A stretch of DNA of 64,000 nt. Source: Desulfurellaceae bacterium. Lineage in GTDB: Bacteria; Desulfobacterota; Binatia; Bin18. Location of the stretch: contig JAGWBB010000020.1 in assembly GCA_021296095.1 (NCBI GenBank), positions 605-64,604 of the forward strand, written 5' to 3'. Numbering within the stretch: position 1 is the stretch's first letter; the number at the start of each line of letters is the position of its first letter. The position numbers were made by a program, and so were the translations under genes. Below are positions 1-10,206 of this stretch, in pieces. Under the pieces are notes generated by a model that did no database searches, was not told where the DNA came from, and worked only from the letters and a program-made list of their open reading frames with translations.

Positions 1-610
1 AGCAGAACCGCAGGCCGAGTTCTGCCAGCAGCGGCCCATACGTATTCGGCACAATCTCGGAACGAACGACCCACCACCAGCCCTCCCCCCGCAGCCTGGC
101 CAGCTCGACAAACTCCACCACCGTCATATCCAGGGCCAGGGCACGCGACAGGCGGAAGACACGGGTGGCGCTCAGCAGGGCGCTGACCAGGACGACGGTC
201 GTCACCGAGGGACTCAACACCGACAGCAGCAGCAGGGCAAAAATCAGGCTGGGCAGCGCCAGCAACACCTCGACCAGCCAGTTGAGCAGGCTATCGACCC
301 AGCCGCCGATCAGAGCGGCTGCCGAGCCGCCGACAACGCCAACACCGAAGGCCAGCAGGGTTGCCACCAGGGCCACGCCGACGGTGTTCCGAGCGCCGTA
401 CAGCAGACGCGACAACAGGTCACGGCCGAGCTGGTCGGTCCCCAGCAGCGCCGAGCGACTGGACACCTCCCACACATCGCCGACCACCTCGGTTTCGCCG
501 TAGGGCGCCAGCAGCGGGGCCAGCAGCGCCGCCCCGAGGTAGACGGCGATCAAGCCCAGGCCGAGCCTGGCACTCAGCGGCGCGCGGCCGAATGTCCGTA
601 AAACAGTCAT
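1..610 (-). CDS. ABC transporter permease subunit (DppC/OppC-like), 3' partial; runs off the window start
   Basis: A minus-strand ATG at 610-608 overlaps (ATGA) the stop of the upstream permease. Hand translation gives MTVLRTFGRAPLSARLGLGLIAVYLGAALLAPLLAPYGETEVVGDVWEVSSRSALLGTDQLGRDLLSRLLYGARNTVGVALVATLL..., with the periplasmic N-terminal loop and TM segments typical of a peptide/nickel ABC permease C subunit. It is absent from the ORF track because there is no stop inside the window. Confidence 0.75.
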   Translation of the reverse strand, partial: MTVLRTFGRAPLSARLGLGLIAVYLGAALLAPLLAPYGETEVVGDVWEVSSRSALLGTDQLGRDLLSRLLYGARNTVGVALVATLLAFGVGVVGGSAAALIGGWVDSLLNWLVEVLLALPSLIFALLLLSVLSPSVTTVVLVSALLSATRVFRLSRALALDMTVVEFVELARLRGEGWWWVVRSEIVPNTYGPLLAELGLRFC

Positions 611-1566
611 GGCGAACTGGGCTGGCGCAGCCGGGGGTTGCTCAGCAGAGCCAACACATCGGCCGTCAGGTTGAGCACGACGTACACCGAGGCGAAGATC
701 AGGCCGCACGCCCGGACTACCGGCAGGTCACGCTTGGACACCGCGTCGACCAGGAGCTGGCCGAGTCCAGGATAGACGAACACCACCTCGACCACTACCA
801 CCCCGACAACCAGGAAGGCCAGGTTCAGGACAACGACGTTGATGATCGGCGAGACGGCGTTGGGCAGCGCGTGGTGGACAATAATCCGGCCCGGAGACAG
901 CCCTTTGAGCCGGGCCATTTCAATATATGGACTGTGCAGCAGGTTCAGAATCGCCGCCCGGGTCAGCCGCATCATGTGGGCGCCGACGACCAGACCGAGG
1001 GTCAGGACCGGCAGGCTGAGGGCGGACAGCGTGTCGGCCAGCGCCATGCCGGGAGAGATGATCGACACCGCCGGAAAGACCTGCAAGCGAACCGCAAAGA
1101 CGACCGTGAGCAGATAGGCGATAAAGAAATCCGGCAGGGAAATCGTGCTCAGGCCGACAATCGACAGCGTTTTATCGATCCACCGGTCGCGATACACCGC
1201 AGCCACCAGACCCAGGCTCAGAGCGAGCGGCACCGCGACCAGCGCGGTCAGCGTGGCCAGCAGCACGGTGTTGGCCAGACGCCCGCGGATCAGCTCGGCC
1301 ACCGGCTGCTGATTGGCCAGCGAGGTACCAAGCTCGCCGCGCACAAGGTCGGCCAGCCAGTCGAGGTAGCGAACGTGCAGGGGCCGGTCCACGCCCAGCT
1401 GGCGGCGCAGGGCGGCGACCGTGTCGGGCGTTGCCGACTGGCCCAGCACCGCCTCGGCCACATCGCCCGGCAGCACCTCCAGACCGAGCGACAGGATGAG
1501 CGAGATGGCCAACAGGGTCAGCAGGCCGAGGGCCAGCCGCCGGACGATCAGGACGCGCAGACTCAT
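607..1566 (-). CDS. ABC transporter permease subunit (DppB/OppB-like)
   Basis: The track ORF 607..1674 contains the ABC permease signature ...IEMARLKGLSPGRII.... The true start was re-set to the ATG at 1566-1564 (MSLRVLIVRRLALGLL..., revcomp of cat), which overlaps the stop of the upstream binding-protein gene. It is translationally coupled to the downstream permease. Confidence 0.85.
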   Translation of the reverse strand: MSLRVLIVRRLALGLLTLLAISLILSLGLEVLPGDVAEAVLGQSATPDTVAALRRQLGVDRPLHVRYLDWLADLVRGELGTSLANQQPVAELIRGRLANTVLLATLTALVAVPLALSLGLVAAVYRDRWIDKTLSIVGLSTISLPDFFIAYLLTVVFAVRLQVFPAVSIISPGMALADTLSALSLPVLTLGLVVGAHMMRLTRAAILNLLHSPYIEMARLKGLSPGRIIVHHALPNAVSPIINVVVLNLAFLVVGVVVVEVVFVYPGLGQLLVDAVSKRDLPVVRACGLIFASVYVVLNLTADVLALLSNPRLRQPSSP

Positions 1567-3137
1567 GACCCGCCGGGCTCCCGGGCCCACCACCAGCGCT
1601 CGGCACACCGGCCGCCGTCCAGTTCCCGATGGCTGGCCAACTGCCCGAAGCGCAGCCGGCTGTCGGCGGCGCACACGTCCGCAGCAAACAGCGGGATGAT
1701 AACCCCGCCCTCATCGCGCACAATCGTCTGCATCTCGGCGTACTGCTCGGCGCGTTTGTGCTCGTCGAGTTCGGCCCGGGCGGCTCTCAGCAGGCGATTG
1801 AAGCGCGGGTGACGAAAACGCGTGTCGTTCCAGGCTGCGTCCTCGGCATAGGCGGTCGCAAACATCAGCCCTGCGGTCGGCTGGCCGTTCCACGAACACA
1901 GGCAAAAGGGCTTTGTGAGCCACACGTTTTTCCAGTATCCGTCGGCCGGCTCGCGGACGATCTGGAGCGTCAGACCTGCTTTTGCGGCGTGCTCCCGATA
2001 CAGCACGGCCGTATCGACCGCGCCCGGAAACGCGGCGTCTGAGGTGCTCAGCCGCAGGCGTAGGCCATCCAGCCCGGCACGCCGCAGATGGAATCGGGCC
2101 CGATCCGGATCGTAGGGTCGCTGGGCCAGCCGGGCGGCAAAATAGGGCTGGCCGCGGCTGATCGGATGGTCGTTGCCGAGGCTGCCATAGCCGCGCAGAA
2201 TGGTGCGCAGCAGAGCGTCCCGGTCGATGGCGTATTTGAGCGCTAGACGCACATCGGGATTGTCGAATGGGGCGACATCGGTGTGCATGGGCAGGGAGTA
2301 GTGCTTGGTGCCGTGGGTTTGCAGTATCTGGATGCCGGGCAGACGGGACAGGAGATGCAGGGTTTTCAGCTCGCAGCGGTTGATAGCATCGACGCGGCCG
2401 GTTTGCAGGGCTGCGGTTCGGGCGTTCACATCGGCGATGGCCAGCATTTCCACAGCCTCGAAGTGGGCCCGGTCAGCCTTCCAGTAGTTGGGATTGCGCC
2501 GGGTCAGCGAGCGAACGCCGGGCTCGAACTCGACCAGTTGATAGCCACCGGTTCCCACACCGGTCGTGACATCGCCGTCGTGGGGCTGAATCGTCAGGTG
2601 GATGTCGGCCAGCACAAACGGAAAATCGGCCTGCCCGTCCCGGAGTTCAAAGACTACCCCGGTCTTGCCGTCGGGACGGAGCTGGAGGATATTGTCCAGC
2701 AGAATCTTGACCGGCGACACCGATTGCCTGCCCCGGTGATGGTTGATCGAGGCAACCACATCCGCGGCCTCCAGGGTTTTGCCGTGATGGAACTCAACGC
2801 CCCGCCGCAGCCCAAAGCGCCACACCCTGGCATCCGGCGACACGTCCCAGCCGTCGGCCAACTCGGGCCTGGGCCGGCCCTGCTCGTCGATCTCCACCAG
2901 AGTATTGCGAAGCTGGCCGAAAGACAGCAGGGTCATGAAGGCGTCCGAGATGCGGGCCGGGTCAAGCGAGTCGCTGGTAAAGCCACCCGAGATCCCCAGC
3001 CGCAACAGCCCGCCTTGTTGCGGGCGATTGATCCGCGTCTGGGCCAACAGGCCGGGTGCGGCCGCAGCCAGCCCCAGGCTCGAGGCCAGGAACCGCCGAC
3101 GGGACAACGGGCGGGGGATGGGTGAGGCGGTCAGCAT
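1563..3137 (-). CDS. ABC transporter substrate-binding protein, family 5 (peptide/nickel, DppA-like), Tat-type signal
   Basis: 524 aa ORF. The N-terminus, MLTASPIPRPLSRRRFLASSLGLAAAAPGLLAQ, is a twin-arginine signal. Length and composition match family-5 SBPs. It is first in the operon with the two permeases. Confidence 0.85.
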   Translation of the reverse strand: MLTASPIPRPLSRRRFLASSLGLAAAAPGLLAQTRINRPQQGGLLRLGISGGFTSDSLDPARISDAFMTLLSFGQLRNTLVEIDEQGRPRPELADGWDVSPDARVWRFGLRRGVEFHHGKTLEAADVVASINHHRGRQSVSPVKILLDNILQLRPDGKTGVVFELRDGQADFPFVLADIHLTIQPHDGDVTTGVGTGGYQLVEFEPGVRSLTRRNPNYWKADRAHFEAVEMLAIADVNARTAALQTGRVDAINRCELKTLHLLSRLPGIQILQTHGTKHYSLPMHTDVAPFDNPDVRLALKYAIDRDALLRTILRGYGSLGNDHPISRGQPYFAARLAQRPYDPDRARFHLRRAGLDGLRLRLSTSDAAFPGAVDTAVLYREHAAKAGLTLQIVREPADGYWKNVWLTKPFCLCSWNGQPTAGLMFATAYAEDAAWNDTRFRHPRFNRLLRAARAELDEHKRAEQYAEMQTIVRDEGGVIIPLFAADVCAADSRLRFGQLASHRELDGGRCAERWWWAREPGGS

Positions 3138-3289
3138 AGGCGGCGCGTGGACGACGGACGGGTCTCAGCTCGGGGCGTCTTTTGTCGTAGCCGTCACCCG
3201 GCTCCGATACAGATGGTCCCGGGCCTGCTTCATAAGCGTTCGTCAGCCTGTGGTCAAGCGGAACAGGCTGGGATCGCAGGCAAGATGTG

Positions 3290-4210
3290 TTACCGAGATT
3301 GACAAGAGACCGGTCCTGTCGTCCAGACCCGGATCGACTGGCCTCGGACGCGGACCCCCGTCAGCGCGGCACACAGCCGAGACAGATAACGGCAATCACG
3401 GGTCTGCTCGAGAATGAGCAGCACTCCAGGCCGCTTCTTGAGGAGGCGGGCATAGTGCACCGCCTGGCCGATCGCTTCGTACCATTTATCCGCAAAGTCA
3501 GCCTCTACGGCATACGCAGGCAGCACGCAGTCCGCCCGCGTATCGTCCAGCAGGCGGACTTCCAGCTGTCCGTCTTGAGCGGTACACCAGGCGGCGTTGT
3601 ACTCGTCTTCGGGAGCGGCCCGAAGGGGCGTCCACCAGACGAGGGCATCGGTCGCGGAGCTGCTGTCTGCCAACGGTTCTGCCGTTTCCTGGGCAGAGGA
3701 CACACACGCGCCCGGTTCTTGTGGCTCTTCGGGCTCCTCATTCAGGACCATCTCAAAATGCTGGCTACCCTCACTCCATTCAAGCAGGGTCGTTTCTCCC
3801 GCCGAAGGAAAATCCGGGACCAGACACTGGCCACTTGCCTCGCTCAGAAACTCCTCTCCGGTGGTGGCGACCTCAAACCTGTTCCTGGCAAACTCCACGC
3901 CAGCGTCGTAGGCCACCGCGACGTGCTCTCCATCCCCGAGCAGCGCCCAGTTAAAGATGGACACAAAGCTGTTGTTCGTATCCCCACAGGCACGATAAGT
4001 ATCGTCCCGCTCGCTCCCATACACCATGACAAGCGGATCACCATCGTTGAAGCGGACTGTGATGTCTCCGCTGGCGTCGCACTTCCAGCCCGATATCACA
4101 CCAATACCCGACAGCTTGGCGTCCGGGCCGGGAATCTCCAGCATCCCGGCCTGCGCCGGGGAAGAGGCCAGGACAAGGCTTGCCAGGCTGATAGTGAGAT
4201 GGCTTTTCAT
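3290..4210 (-). CDS. Hypothetical secreted protein (signal peptide, acidic, Cys-containing)
   Basis: The track ORF 3290..4492 was trimmed to the internal ATG at 4210-4208. That start is preceded by AGGAG (revcomp ...AGGAGTCACGATGAAAAGC) and gives MKSHLTISLASLVLASSPAQA, a signal peptide. The upstream extension would overlap mmuM on the other strand. The opposite-strand 396 aa ORF is Arg-rich and looks like junk. Confidence 0.5.
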   Translation of the reverse strand: MKSHLTISLASLVLASSPAQAGMLEIPGPDAKLSGIGVISGWKCDASGDITVRFNDGDPLVMVYGSERDDTYRACGDTNNSFVSIFNWALLGDGEHVAVAYDAGVEFARNRFEVATTGEEFLSEASGQCLVPDFPSAGETTLLEWSEGSQHFEMVLNEEPEEPQEPGACVSSAQETAEPLADSSSATDALVWWTPLRAAPEDEYNAAWCTAQDGQLEVRLLDDTRADCVLPAYAVEADFADKWYEAIGQAVHYARLLKKRPGVLLILEQTRDCRYLSRLCAALTGVRVRGQSIRVWTTGPVSCQSR

Positions 4211-4403
4211 CGTGACTCCTGTCTGACAGCGTTCGAGGCTGCCCCGCAGTGGAGTATCGTCAACTCCGCCCTGTGTGTCCGCCGTTCCATCGGAGCACAC
4301 TTCAATCTTGGCCTCACCGGTGTTGTCAAGATTGGTACAGCCAGCTGGCTTGATTTCGGGCCGGCTCTCAGGGCATGCTGGGGCGCCAAGGACTGTGTGG
4401 TTC

Positions 4404-5384
4404 ATGCAAGCCGTGCCTTCCCCCCCAGACTCACCGCTCAGACCTTTTGTGGCCCGCACCGGCGTCCTGATTGTTGACGGCGGGCTGGCCACCGAACTCG
4501 AAGCGCGGGGCTACCGGCTGGGCGACGGACTGTGGTCGGCCCGTCTGTTGGACACCGCGCCCCTGACCGTCCAACAGGTTCATGCCGACTACCTGGCGGC
4601 CGGTGCCGACTGCATTATCACGGCCAGCTATCAGGCCAGCCTGCCCGGCTTTGTGGACCACGGTTACAGTCAAGACCAGGCTGTTGCGCTGCTCCACAGA
4701 TCGGTCGAGCTGGCCCTGAACGCGCGCGAGGCGTTTTGGGCTCAGGCCGATAATCGGACCGGTCGTCTGCGGCCGCTGGTTGCGGCCAGTGTCGGCCCCT
4801 ACGGTGCGTACCTGGCCGACGGCTCCGAGTATACTGGCAGCTACGATCTGAGCGAGGACGAGTTGCTCGCCTTTCATCGGCCGCGCTGGCAGCTGTTGGC
4901 CGCCAGCCGGGCCGACCTGCTGGCCTGCGAGACCATCCCCAGCGCGCGTGAAGCGCGGGTCCTGGCTCGCCTGCTGATTGAGACGCCCCACGTTGTAGCC
5001 TGGGTCAGTTTCAGCTGTCGGGACGGGCAACATATCAGCGACGGCACGCCTCTGGCTGAAGCTATGGCCCCGTTTGTCGGGCTGCCCCAGGTCGTCGCGC
5101 TGGGCATCAACTGCACGCCGCTACGTCACGTCCTGCCCCTGACCAGGACGGTTCGGCGGCTGAGCGCCAAACCGCTTATCGTTTATCCCAACTGTGCCGA
5201 GAGCCATGACAGGCAGACCCGGCGCTGGGGGGTGCAGGCCCGGCCCGGCGAGTTTGCCAGCGCCGCCCAGACCTGGCAGCGGGCCGGAGCGGTGCTGATC
5301 GGCGGCTGTTGCCACACCACACCGGGCCACATTGCGGCGCTGCGGGCCGGCTTGATCCTGGGCAGAGCCGAACCGCGTCCATAG
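4404..5384 (+). CDS. mmuM: Homocysteine S-methyltransferase (MmuM family)
   Basis: Pfam S-methyl_trans-like sequence VLIVDGGLATELEARGY...GADCIITASYQAS...GINCT...GGCCHTTP. The start was chosen at the ATG at 4404 (MQAVPSPP...) rather than the 43-codon GTG-type extension at 4275. Confidence 0.8.
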   Translation: MQAVPSPPDSPLRPFVARTGVLIVDGGLATELEARGYRLGDGLWSARLLDTAPLTVQQVHADYLAAGADCIITASYQASLPGFVDHGYSQDQAVALLHRSVELALNAREAFWAQADNRTGRLRPLVAASVGPYGAYLADGSEYTGSYDLSEDELLAFHRPRWQLLAASRADLLACETIPSAREARVLARLLIETPHVVAWVSFSCRDGQHISDGTPLAEAMAPFVGLPQVVALGINCTPLRHVLPLTRTVRRLSAKPLIVYPNCAESHDRQTRRWGVQARPGEFASAAQTWQRAGAVLIGGCCHTTPGHIAALRAGLILGRAEPRP

Positions 5385-5409
5385 CGTCACGGACAAGGTC
5401 CAGGGCCGG

Positions 5410-5925
5410 CTACTCGAACTGCATCAGCGCAAACGCCTCGTGCGGGACAAGGTTCTGGCGGCCGCCCAGGCTGAGCAGCTCAACCAGAAAGGCGACTTCC
5501 ACCACCTCTCCCTCCAGCTGCTGAATGAGTCCCAGAGCCGCCCGGGCCGTGCCGCCGGTGGCCAGCAGATCGTCGACCAGCAGAACCCGGCTGCCGGGCG
5601 CAAACGCGTCTCTATGGATCTCCAGGCGGTCGGTCCCGTACTCCAACCCATAATCGGCCGCCAGGGTTTCGGCCGGCAGCTTGCCGGACTTGCGTACGAC
5701 CGTCAGGCCACAGCCCAGGCTGTAAGCCAGCGCGCCGCCGACCAGGAAGCCTCGCGCGTCTATCCCAACGACCGTATCAACCCGGCCTTGATAGCGCTCG
5801 GCCAGGCGGTCGATACACGCCCGCCAGGCCGGACCGTTGGCCAGCAGGGGGGTGATATCGCGGAACATAATGCCCGGTTTGGGAAAATCCGGGATGCTGC
5901 GGATATGGGCTGTCAGGTCACGCAT
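5410..5925 (-). CDS. apt: Adenine phosphoribosyltransferase
   Basis: Contains MRDLTAHIRSIPDFPKPGIMFRDITPLL...VVGIDARGF...LLVDDLLATGGT, the PRTase motif. Start at the ATG at 5925-5923, giving 172 aa, typical for Apt. Confidence 0.85.
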   Translation of the reverse strand: MRDLTAHIRSIPDFPKPGIMFRDITPLLANGPAWRACIDRLAERYQGRVDTVVGIDARGFLVGGALAYSLGCGLTVVRKSGKLPAETLAADYGLEYGTDRLEIHRDAFAPGSRVLLVDDLLATGGTARAALGLIQQLEGEVVEVAFLVELLSLGGRQNLVPHEAFALMQFE

Positions 5926-5941
5926 GGCGGTCTCCGGCACG

Positions 5942-6685
5942 TCATCGGCTGACGATCTGATGGTTCGGGGGTAAGAGTTTGAGCGGATTGCGGGCTTTAT
6001 TGTTGCGTCGGATTTCAAAATGCAGATTGGGGCCGGTGGCCCGCCCGGTGTTGCCGACGGCGGCGATCTTCTGGCCCTGTTTCACAAGCTGGCCCTGTTT
6101 CACGTAGTGCCGGCTGTTGTGGGCGTAGACCGAGGCGTAGCCGTTGGCGTGTCGCAGAATAATGACCTTCCCGTAACCGCGCAACACCCCGCTGTAGATG
6201 ACCTCACCGGGAGCGGTGGCCACGATCGGGGTTCCGGCCGGCGCGGCAATATCAATCCCGTCATGAAAGCTGTTATTGCGCGGACCATAGCGAGAGGTCA
6301 GGACGCCCTGGGTCGGCCACATAAAACGTCCCACCGCGGCCGGCGGCCGCTTGCGGCCACGCTGCGGCTCCCGAACTGCCGCCCGGCGGGTCGCGGCGCG
6401 TCGGCGCGCCGGTGCAGACCTGGAGCGGGCGGTCTTCAGGCTATCGGTCCCGCCGTGCGGGATGCGCAGGCGCTGGCCGACCCGAATCCTATCCGGGTCG
6501 GCCAGATTATTCAGACGGGCAATGTCTCGGAAGGGAACGCCGTAGCGCACGCCGATTGCGGACAGGGTTTCCCCCGCCCGAACGGTATGGATCGGCTGTC
6601 TGACCCCGCGTGAGCAGGCCGACATGGCCGCACACAACAGTAAGATGAGGCCCAGCCCCAGAGCAATCCGCCTCCGCACCACCAC
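5942..6685 (-). CDS. LysM domain / M23 family peptidase lipoprotein (NlpD-like)
   Basis: N-terminal lipobox LLLCAAMSAC. LysM motif TVRAGETLSAIGVRYGVPFRDIARLNNL. The C-terminal M23 core is HDGIDIAAPAGTPIVATAPGEV...YGKVIILRHANGYASVYAH...GNTGRATGPNLHFE. Confidence 0.85.
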   Translation of the reverse strand: MVVRRRIALGLGLILLLCAAMSACSRGVRQPIHTVRAGETLSAIGVRYGVPFRDIARLNNLADPDRIRVGQRLRIPHGGTDSLKTARSRSAPARRRAATRRAAVREPQRGRKRPPAAVGRFMWPTQGVLTSRYGPRNNSFHDGIDIAAPAGTPIVATAPGEVIYSGVLRGYGKVIILRHANGYASVYAHNSRHYVKQGQLVKQGQKIAAVGNTGRATGPNLHFEIRRNNKARNPLKLLPPNHQIVSR

Positions 6686-6694
6686 TCCCTCATT

Positions 6695-7276
6695 CTAGCC
6701 ATACCACCCCAGCAGCACAAACCCGAGCAGCACCAGGACGGTGAAGACTATTGTCAGGATATTGAAGTATTTGTCAATGAAGACCTTGATGGTCGGCCCG
6801 TAATAGTAAATCAGGCCGCTGATGAGAAAAAAGCGGGCCGAACGGCTCACCACCGAGGCCAGTACAAAGCTGGACAGTGACAGCTGGGTCGCTCCCGCCG
6901 CAATGGTGAACACCTTGTACGGAATAGGCGTGAAGCCGGCAATAGCGACCGCCCAGCCGCCATGCGCCACAAAGCGCTGCTCGACCTCGGCGTACGCGGC
7001 CCGGGCGTTGTACAGCTCGATGATCGGCCGTCCAAGGCCGTCCATCAGCAGCCAGCCAATCAGATAGCCGGCCAGACCACCTGCCACAGAACCGACCGAA
7101 CAGATCAGCGCGAACCGAAAAGCCGCACCCGGTTTGCCCAGGGCCAGGGCCATCAGCAGGACATCCGGGGGAATGGGAAAGACGGACGACTCGGCAAAAG
7201 CCAGCAGTAGCAGGGCCAGCCCGCCGTAACGGTGGTCAGCCCAGCCCAGGACCCAGTCATAAACACGCCGAAGCAT
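6695..7276 (-). CDS. DedA/SNARE-associated family membrane protein
   Basis: 193 aa polytopic protein with the DedA motif region ...GKPGAAFRFALICSVGSVAGGLAGYLIGW...FVAHGGWAVAIAGFTPIPYKVFTIAAG. Confidence 0.8.
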   Translation of the reverse strand: MLRRVYDWVLGWADHRYGGLALLLLAFAESSVFPIPPDVLLMALALGKPGAAFRFALICSVGSVAGGLAGYLIGWLLMDGLGRPIIELYNARAAYAEVEQRFVAHGGWAVAIAGFTPIPYKVFTIAAGATQLSLSSFVLASVVSRSARFFLISGLIYYYGPTIKVFIDKYFNILTIVFTVLVLLGFVLLGWYG

Positions 7277-7324
7277 GGCCTACAGCAGAGAGACGGCGCG
7301 TGTCCGACCCGGTCCGGCCGACAC

Positions 7325-8944
7325 TCAGTCGGCCCGCGACGCGGCGGGCGCCTCGACCGGCGCGGACTCGCCCGCGCGCTTCTTGTCCTTGTACAGTTTG
7401 TACTCAATGCTATCGACCAGTGCCTGCCAGCTGGCCTCGATCACATTCGGAGATACTCCGACCGTTCCCCATTTGCTGTGTTCGTCGCCGGATTCGATCA
7501 GCACCCGTACGGTCGCCCCGGTTCCGGCGTCTCCGCCCAACACCCGGACCTTGTAGTCGAGCAGCTCCATGGTCTCGAGCTGGGGGTAGAACTGGGTCAG
7601 CGCCTTGCGCAGCGCCCGGTCGAGGGCGTTGACCGGCCCGTTGCCCTGGGCTGCGGTATGCTCGACCGCCCCGTCCGGGCCCTCGACCATGATCGTCGCC
7701 TCGGACAGCGGGGGCTCGTCCTCCCTGCGCTTCTCGTCAATCACCCGGAAGCCGATCAGGCGGAAGTGGCGGACCTTGCCGTGGAGGGCTTTTTGCATCA
7801 GCAGCTCGAACGACGCGTCGGCTCCCTCATACTGAAAGCCGGCGTTTTCGAGCTGTTTGACCTCGCGCAGAATCGTCTTCACCGCCGGATCGGTATTGTC
7901 CACATCGAGCCCGAACTGCTTGGCTTTGTAAATCACATTGCTGCGGCCCGACAGGTCGGAGACCAGAACGCGCTGGTGGTTGCCGATCAGTTCGGGGTCG
8001 ATGTGTTCATAGGTTTCGCGGTTTTTTTGGACCGCAGCGACGTGCAGCCCGCCCTTATGGGCGAAGGCGCTGGCGCCGACGTAGGCTTGACGCTTGTGCG
8101 GCTCGATATTAGCCAGCTCGTACACGGTACGGGAAACCGTCGGCAGGGTCTTGAGCTGACTTGGGCTGACACACCCGTAGCCCAGCTTGAGCTGGAGGTT
8201 GGGCACGACCGAGCACAAATTGGCGTTGCCGCACCGCTCGCCAAAGCCGTTAATCGTGCCCTGCACCTGGCTGGCTCCGCCTTCCACCCCGGCCAGCGAG
8301 TTGGCCACCGCCAGCTCGCAGTCGTTGTGGCAGTGAATGCCCAGCCGGCTGTCCAGTCCGGCGGCCGCCTGGGTCGCCTGGCGAATCTCGTGCGGCATGC
8401 TGCCCCCACGCGTATCGCACAAAACCAGCACATCAGCCCCGGCCTGGGCGGCTACCTTCAGACACGCCAAGGCGTAGTCGGGGTTGGCCCGGTAGCCGTC
8501 AAAAAAGTGCTCGGCATCAAAAAAGACCTCGTCCACCCGGGTCTTGAGATAGGCGATTGAGTCGCCGATGACCTCGAGGTTGGCCTGGAGCGAAATCCGC
8601 AGATCGTCCCGGACGTGTAAATCCCAGGTCTTACCGACAATGGTGACGACCGGGGTCTCGGCTTGCAGCAACAGCCTGATGTTCAGATCATCGGCCGCCG
8701 TGATATTGGCCCGACGGGTCGAGCCGAAGGCGGCAACCTTGGCCCGTTTGAGGGAGAGCTTTTTGACCGCGCTGAAAAACTCCTCATCCCGCGGGTTCGA
8801 GCCCGGCCAACCGCCCTCGATATAGCCGATGCCGAAATCGTCCAGCTGCTGGGCGATCAACAGCTTATCTTCCAGGGTAAAGGCCACGTCTTCGGACTGG
8901 CAGCCGTCACGCAGAGTGGTATCGTACAAGGCTATGCTTGGCAT
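7325..8944 (-). CDS. cimA: LeuA-family (R)-citramalate synthase / 2-isopropylmalate synthase-like protein
   Basis: 539 aa. The N-terminus [19 protein letters not shown]...[20 protein letters not shown] is the HMGL-like TIM barrel of the short LeuA/CimA clade. HxH metal ligands ([15 protein letters not shown]) and a C-terminal LeuA-dimer regulatory domain are present. It sits beside aspartate kinase, as with the citramalate synthases of some anaerobes. The cimA vs leuA assignment is an inference. Confidence 0.7.
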   Translation of the reverse strand: MPSIALYDTTLRDGCQSEDVAFTLEDKLLIAQQLDDFGIGYIEGGWPGSNPRDEEFFSAVKKLSLKRAKVAAFGSTRRANITAADDLNIRLLLQAETPVVTIVGKTWDLHVRDDLRISLQANLEVIGDSIAYLKTRVDEVFFDAEHFFDGYRANPDYALACLKVAAQAGADVLVLCDTRGGSMPHEIRQATQAAAGLDSRLGIHCHNDCELAVANSLAGVEGGASQVQGTINGFGERCGNANLCSVVPNLQLKLGYGCVSPSQLKTLPTVSRTVYELANIEPHKRQAYVGASAFAHKGGLHVAAVQKNRETYEHIDPELIGNHQRVLVSDLSGRSNVIYKAKQFGLDVDNTDPAVKTILREVKQLENAGFQYEGADASFELLMQKALHGKVRHFRLIGFRVIDEKRREDEPPLSEATIMVEGPDGAVEHTAAQGNGPVNALDRALRKALTQFYPQLETMELLDYKVRVLGGDAGTGATVRVLIESGDEHSKWGTVGVSPNVIEASWQALVDSIEYKLYKDKKRAGESAPVEAPAASRAD

Positions 8945-8980
8945 GCTGAACCTCGAAGTGGGTGTCGATGAGGGACGCTT

Positions 8981-10195
8981 CTACTGGGCCGGAGCAATAA
9001 ACTCGTCGTGCAGGACGCGGACGGCCAACTCGCGGTATTTGGCCTCAATGACAATGGAAATCTTGATCTCTGAGGTCGAGATCATCTGGATGTTAATCCC
9101 CTCGCGGGCCAGGACCTGAAACATGCGGGAGGCGACCCCGGCATGACTACGCATGCCGAGCCCGACGATGGACACCTTGGCGACCTGGGTATCGGACGTT
9201 ACTCCGCCGGCCCGAATCTCCTCGGCGATGTGTGCAACCCGGCTCAGCGCTTTTTGCACATCGTCCTGGGGCACGGTAAAGGTCAGATCGGTAGAGCCCT
9301 CGGCGCTGGCGTTTTGGATGATCATATCGACCACGATATTGTCATCCGCAATCGGGCCAAACAGTTTGGCCGCCAGACCGGGCCGGTCGGGAACCCGCAG
9401 CAGGGTGATTTTGGCTTGGTTCAGGTCAGACGTCACGCCTGAGACGATCACGTCCTCCATACTCGGCTCCTCTTCAACCAGAAATGTTCCGGTGTCGGGC
9501 GCAAAGCTCGACCGGACATGGACCGCCACGTGGTGGCGTTTGGCAAATTCGACGGATCGAATCTGCAAGACTTTTGCCCCCAGGCTGGCCAACTCCAGCA
9601 TCTCGTCGTAGGAGATGCGCTGCATTTTTCGGGCCCTGGGGCAGATGCGCGGGTCGGCCGTATAGACGCCGTCCACGTCGGTATAGATCTCACACACGTC
9701 GGCCCGGGTCACGGCCGCAATAGCCACCGCCGAGGTGTCCGAGCCGCCCCGGCCCAGGGTGGTGATATTGTCGTCGGCGTCAACGCCCTGAAAGCCGGCC
9801 ACCACCACAATGGCGCCGTCATTGAGCGCGCTGGTCAGGCGGTCGGTGGCGATGCGCTGGATCCGCGCCCGGCCAAAGGCGCTATCGGTGGTGATTTCGA
9901 CCTGATGGCCGAGCAGGGGTTGGGTCGGGTAGCCCATGTCCTTGAGGGTCATGGACAGCAGGGCGACGGTGACCTGTTCTCCGGTCGAAACCAGCAGATC
10001 GCTGGCCTGGGCGTCGGGTCGGTCGGTCACCTGCCTGGCCAAGCCTAACAGCCGGTCGGTTTCGCCACTCATGGCCGACACCACAACCGCGACCTGATGG
10101 CCGGCGTCACGGGTTTCGGCGATTCGCCGGGCGACCGCTTTAATCCGCTCGGACGACCCGACCGATGTGCCGCCGTATTTCTGAACAATAAGCAT
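8981..10195 (-). CDS. lysC: Aspartate kinase (monofunctional, with ACT domains)
   Basis: [14 protein letters not shown]...[14 protein letters not shown]... is the classic amino-acid kinase N-terminus. A C-terminal ACT pair follows. 404 aa. Confidence 0.9.
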   Translation of the reverse strand: MLIVQKYGGTSVGSSERIKAVARRIAETRDAGHQVAVVVSAMSGETDRLLGLARQVTDRPDAQASDLLVSTGEQVTVALLSMTLKDMGYPTQPLLGHQVEITTDSAFGRARIQRIATDRLTSALNDGAIVVVAGFQGVDADDNITTLGRGGSDTSAVAIAAVTRADVCEIYTDVDGVYTADPRICPRARKMQRISYDEMLELASLGAKVLQIRSVEFAKRHHVAVHVRSSFAPDTGTFLVEEEPSMEDVIVSGVTSDLNQAKITLLRVPDRPGLAAKLFGPIADDNIVVDMIIQNASAEGSTDLTFTVPQDDVQKALSRVAHIAEEIRAGGVTSDTQVAKVSIVGLGMRSHAGVASRMFQVLAREGINIQMISTSEIKISIVIEAKYRELAVRVLHDEFIAPAQ

Positions 10196-10206
10196 AGGGC
10201 ATGTCT

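Noticed and set aside
361-1812. 483 aa plus-strand ORF (and the similar long ORFs 2283..3125 +, 7232..8560 +, 15599..17434 +, 33078..34307 -, 34578..35432 +, 40857..41753 +, 41952..42731 +, 42756..43523 +, 43853..44926 +, 47053..48351 -, 50481..51647 +, 52798..53991 +, 59850..60668 -, 62876..63889 -)
   Set aside because: Each lies antisense to or out of frame with a gene that has clear family signatures. Their products are Arg/Gly/Pro/His-rich with no motifs. These are the usual shadow ORFs of >65% GC DNA.
3287-4477. 396 aa plus-strand ORF
   Set aside because: Antisense to the secreted-protein gene, which has a signal peptide, SD and a protein-like composition; this product is Arg-rich junk.
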